A stretch of 64,000 nucleotides of DNA from Octopus sinensis. Lineage: Eukaryota. Under the pieces are notes generated by a model. It did not search any database, was not told where the DNA came from, and was given only the letters and a program-made list of their open reading frames with translations. A program made the position numbers and the translations under genes. The first letter of the stretch is position 1; each line of letters opens with the position of its first letter. Where the stretch lies: NCBI RefSeq assembly GCF_006345805.1, contig NC_043011.1, positions 13,962,464 to 14,026,463 of the forward strand, given 5' to 3'. Shown piece after piece: positions 63,291 through 64,000 of the stretch.

Positions 63291-64000
63291 GAATATTATA
63301 GTTGATGTTAATGAAGATGGTAAAATAACAATGGTGATGACAGGTCATATAAATATTTTGTTCTGGAAGAAAAAGATTTCATTTCATGCCTGCTGACTCT
63401 ACAGAATGGTTGGTTTGAAAGGGAGTTGGAAGGAAGTTGGAATTGTTCTCAGCAAGCGAGAAAGGCATGTACAATTATATGACAGACAACAGAAAATTTT
63501 TTAAAAATCAATAGTTATTTACAAAACACACAACTTCCAAGATTAATAGAAAAATAGGGAGTTCAGTGCAATTCACTAACAATAGGATGTTTTATCGTAA
63601 CTGGAAAACATCAACAGAGGGAAATATGTTGAATTGAAGACAACCGATTCGAGATCGTTTTGTTTGCTTGCTGTTTGGAGCTGAATTCTTTCAGGTTTTC
63701 CTCATATAGTTGTTTTTAGTTGGAGCAAATTCTGTCAGTAGTTGGGGTTTTCTCTTGACTAATCACACAACTGTGGAACAGGAAGACTAAACCCTTTCAC
63801 TGATGTTACTATTCAATCTCAATCCAGCCATGATCGAATAATATGATGAGCAAAGGCTATGACCATCACTGTCTTTTTTTATTAGACATCAGGACGGCGA
63901 GCTGGCAGAACCGTTAGCACGCCAGGCGAAATGCATAGCCGTATTTCGTCTGACGTTACGTTCTGAGTTCAAATTTGGGGTCGATAAATTAAGTACTAGT

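Overview
AT-rich eukaryotic genomic DNA, most likely an Octopus species (inferred from the tRNA-derived SINE families, RTE 3' tails ending in (TGA)n, and the microsatellite load; not verified). The one protein-coding gene I can support is a minus-strand protrudin (ZFYVE27) homologue. I assembled seven GT-AG exons by hand (24925-24750, 18803-18733, 17010-16830, 12233-12138, 7655-7543, 6895-6774, 1118-1056). All splice phases are compatible and give 271 uninterrupted codons from the ATG at 24916. The 3' exons (expected FFAT, coiled coil, FYVE) lie beyond the left edge, and the 5' exon was not located with confidence. The rest is transposon-derived: three SINE families, RTE, CR1, L1/Tx1, R4-like and Penelope fragments, two decayed mariners, a DD41D element with both TIRs, a five-copy 8-bp-TSD MITE family, a Helitron-like family, piggyBac/hAT/Tigger-type MITEs and minisatellites. 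The best leads are a promoter-like CpG island with NRF1 and ETS motifs inside a protrudin intron, an inverted MITE pair bracketing one whole intron, a 107-nt near-perfect hairpin, an unexplained GC-rich insert and a 634-bp tandem duplication. I found no clearly new multi-gene system. Almost all ORFs in the supplied track are non-coding or TE-derived. TE and SINE boundaries are approximate unless a TSD or TIR is quoted.
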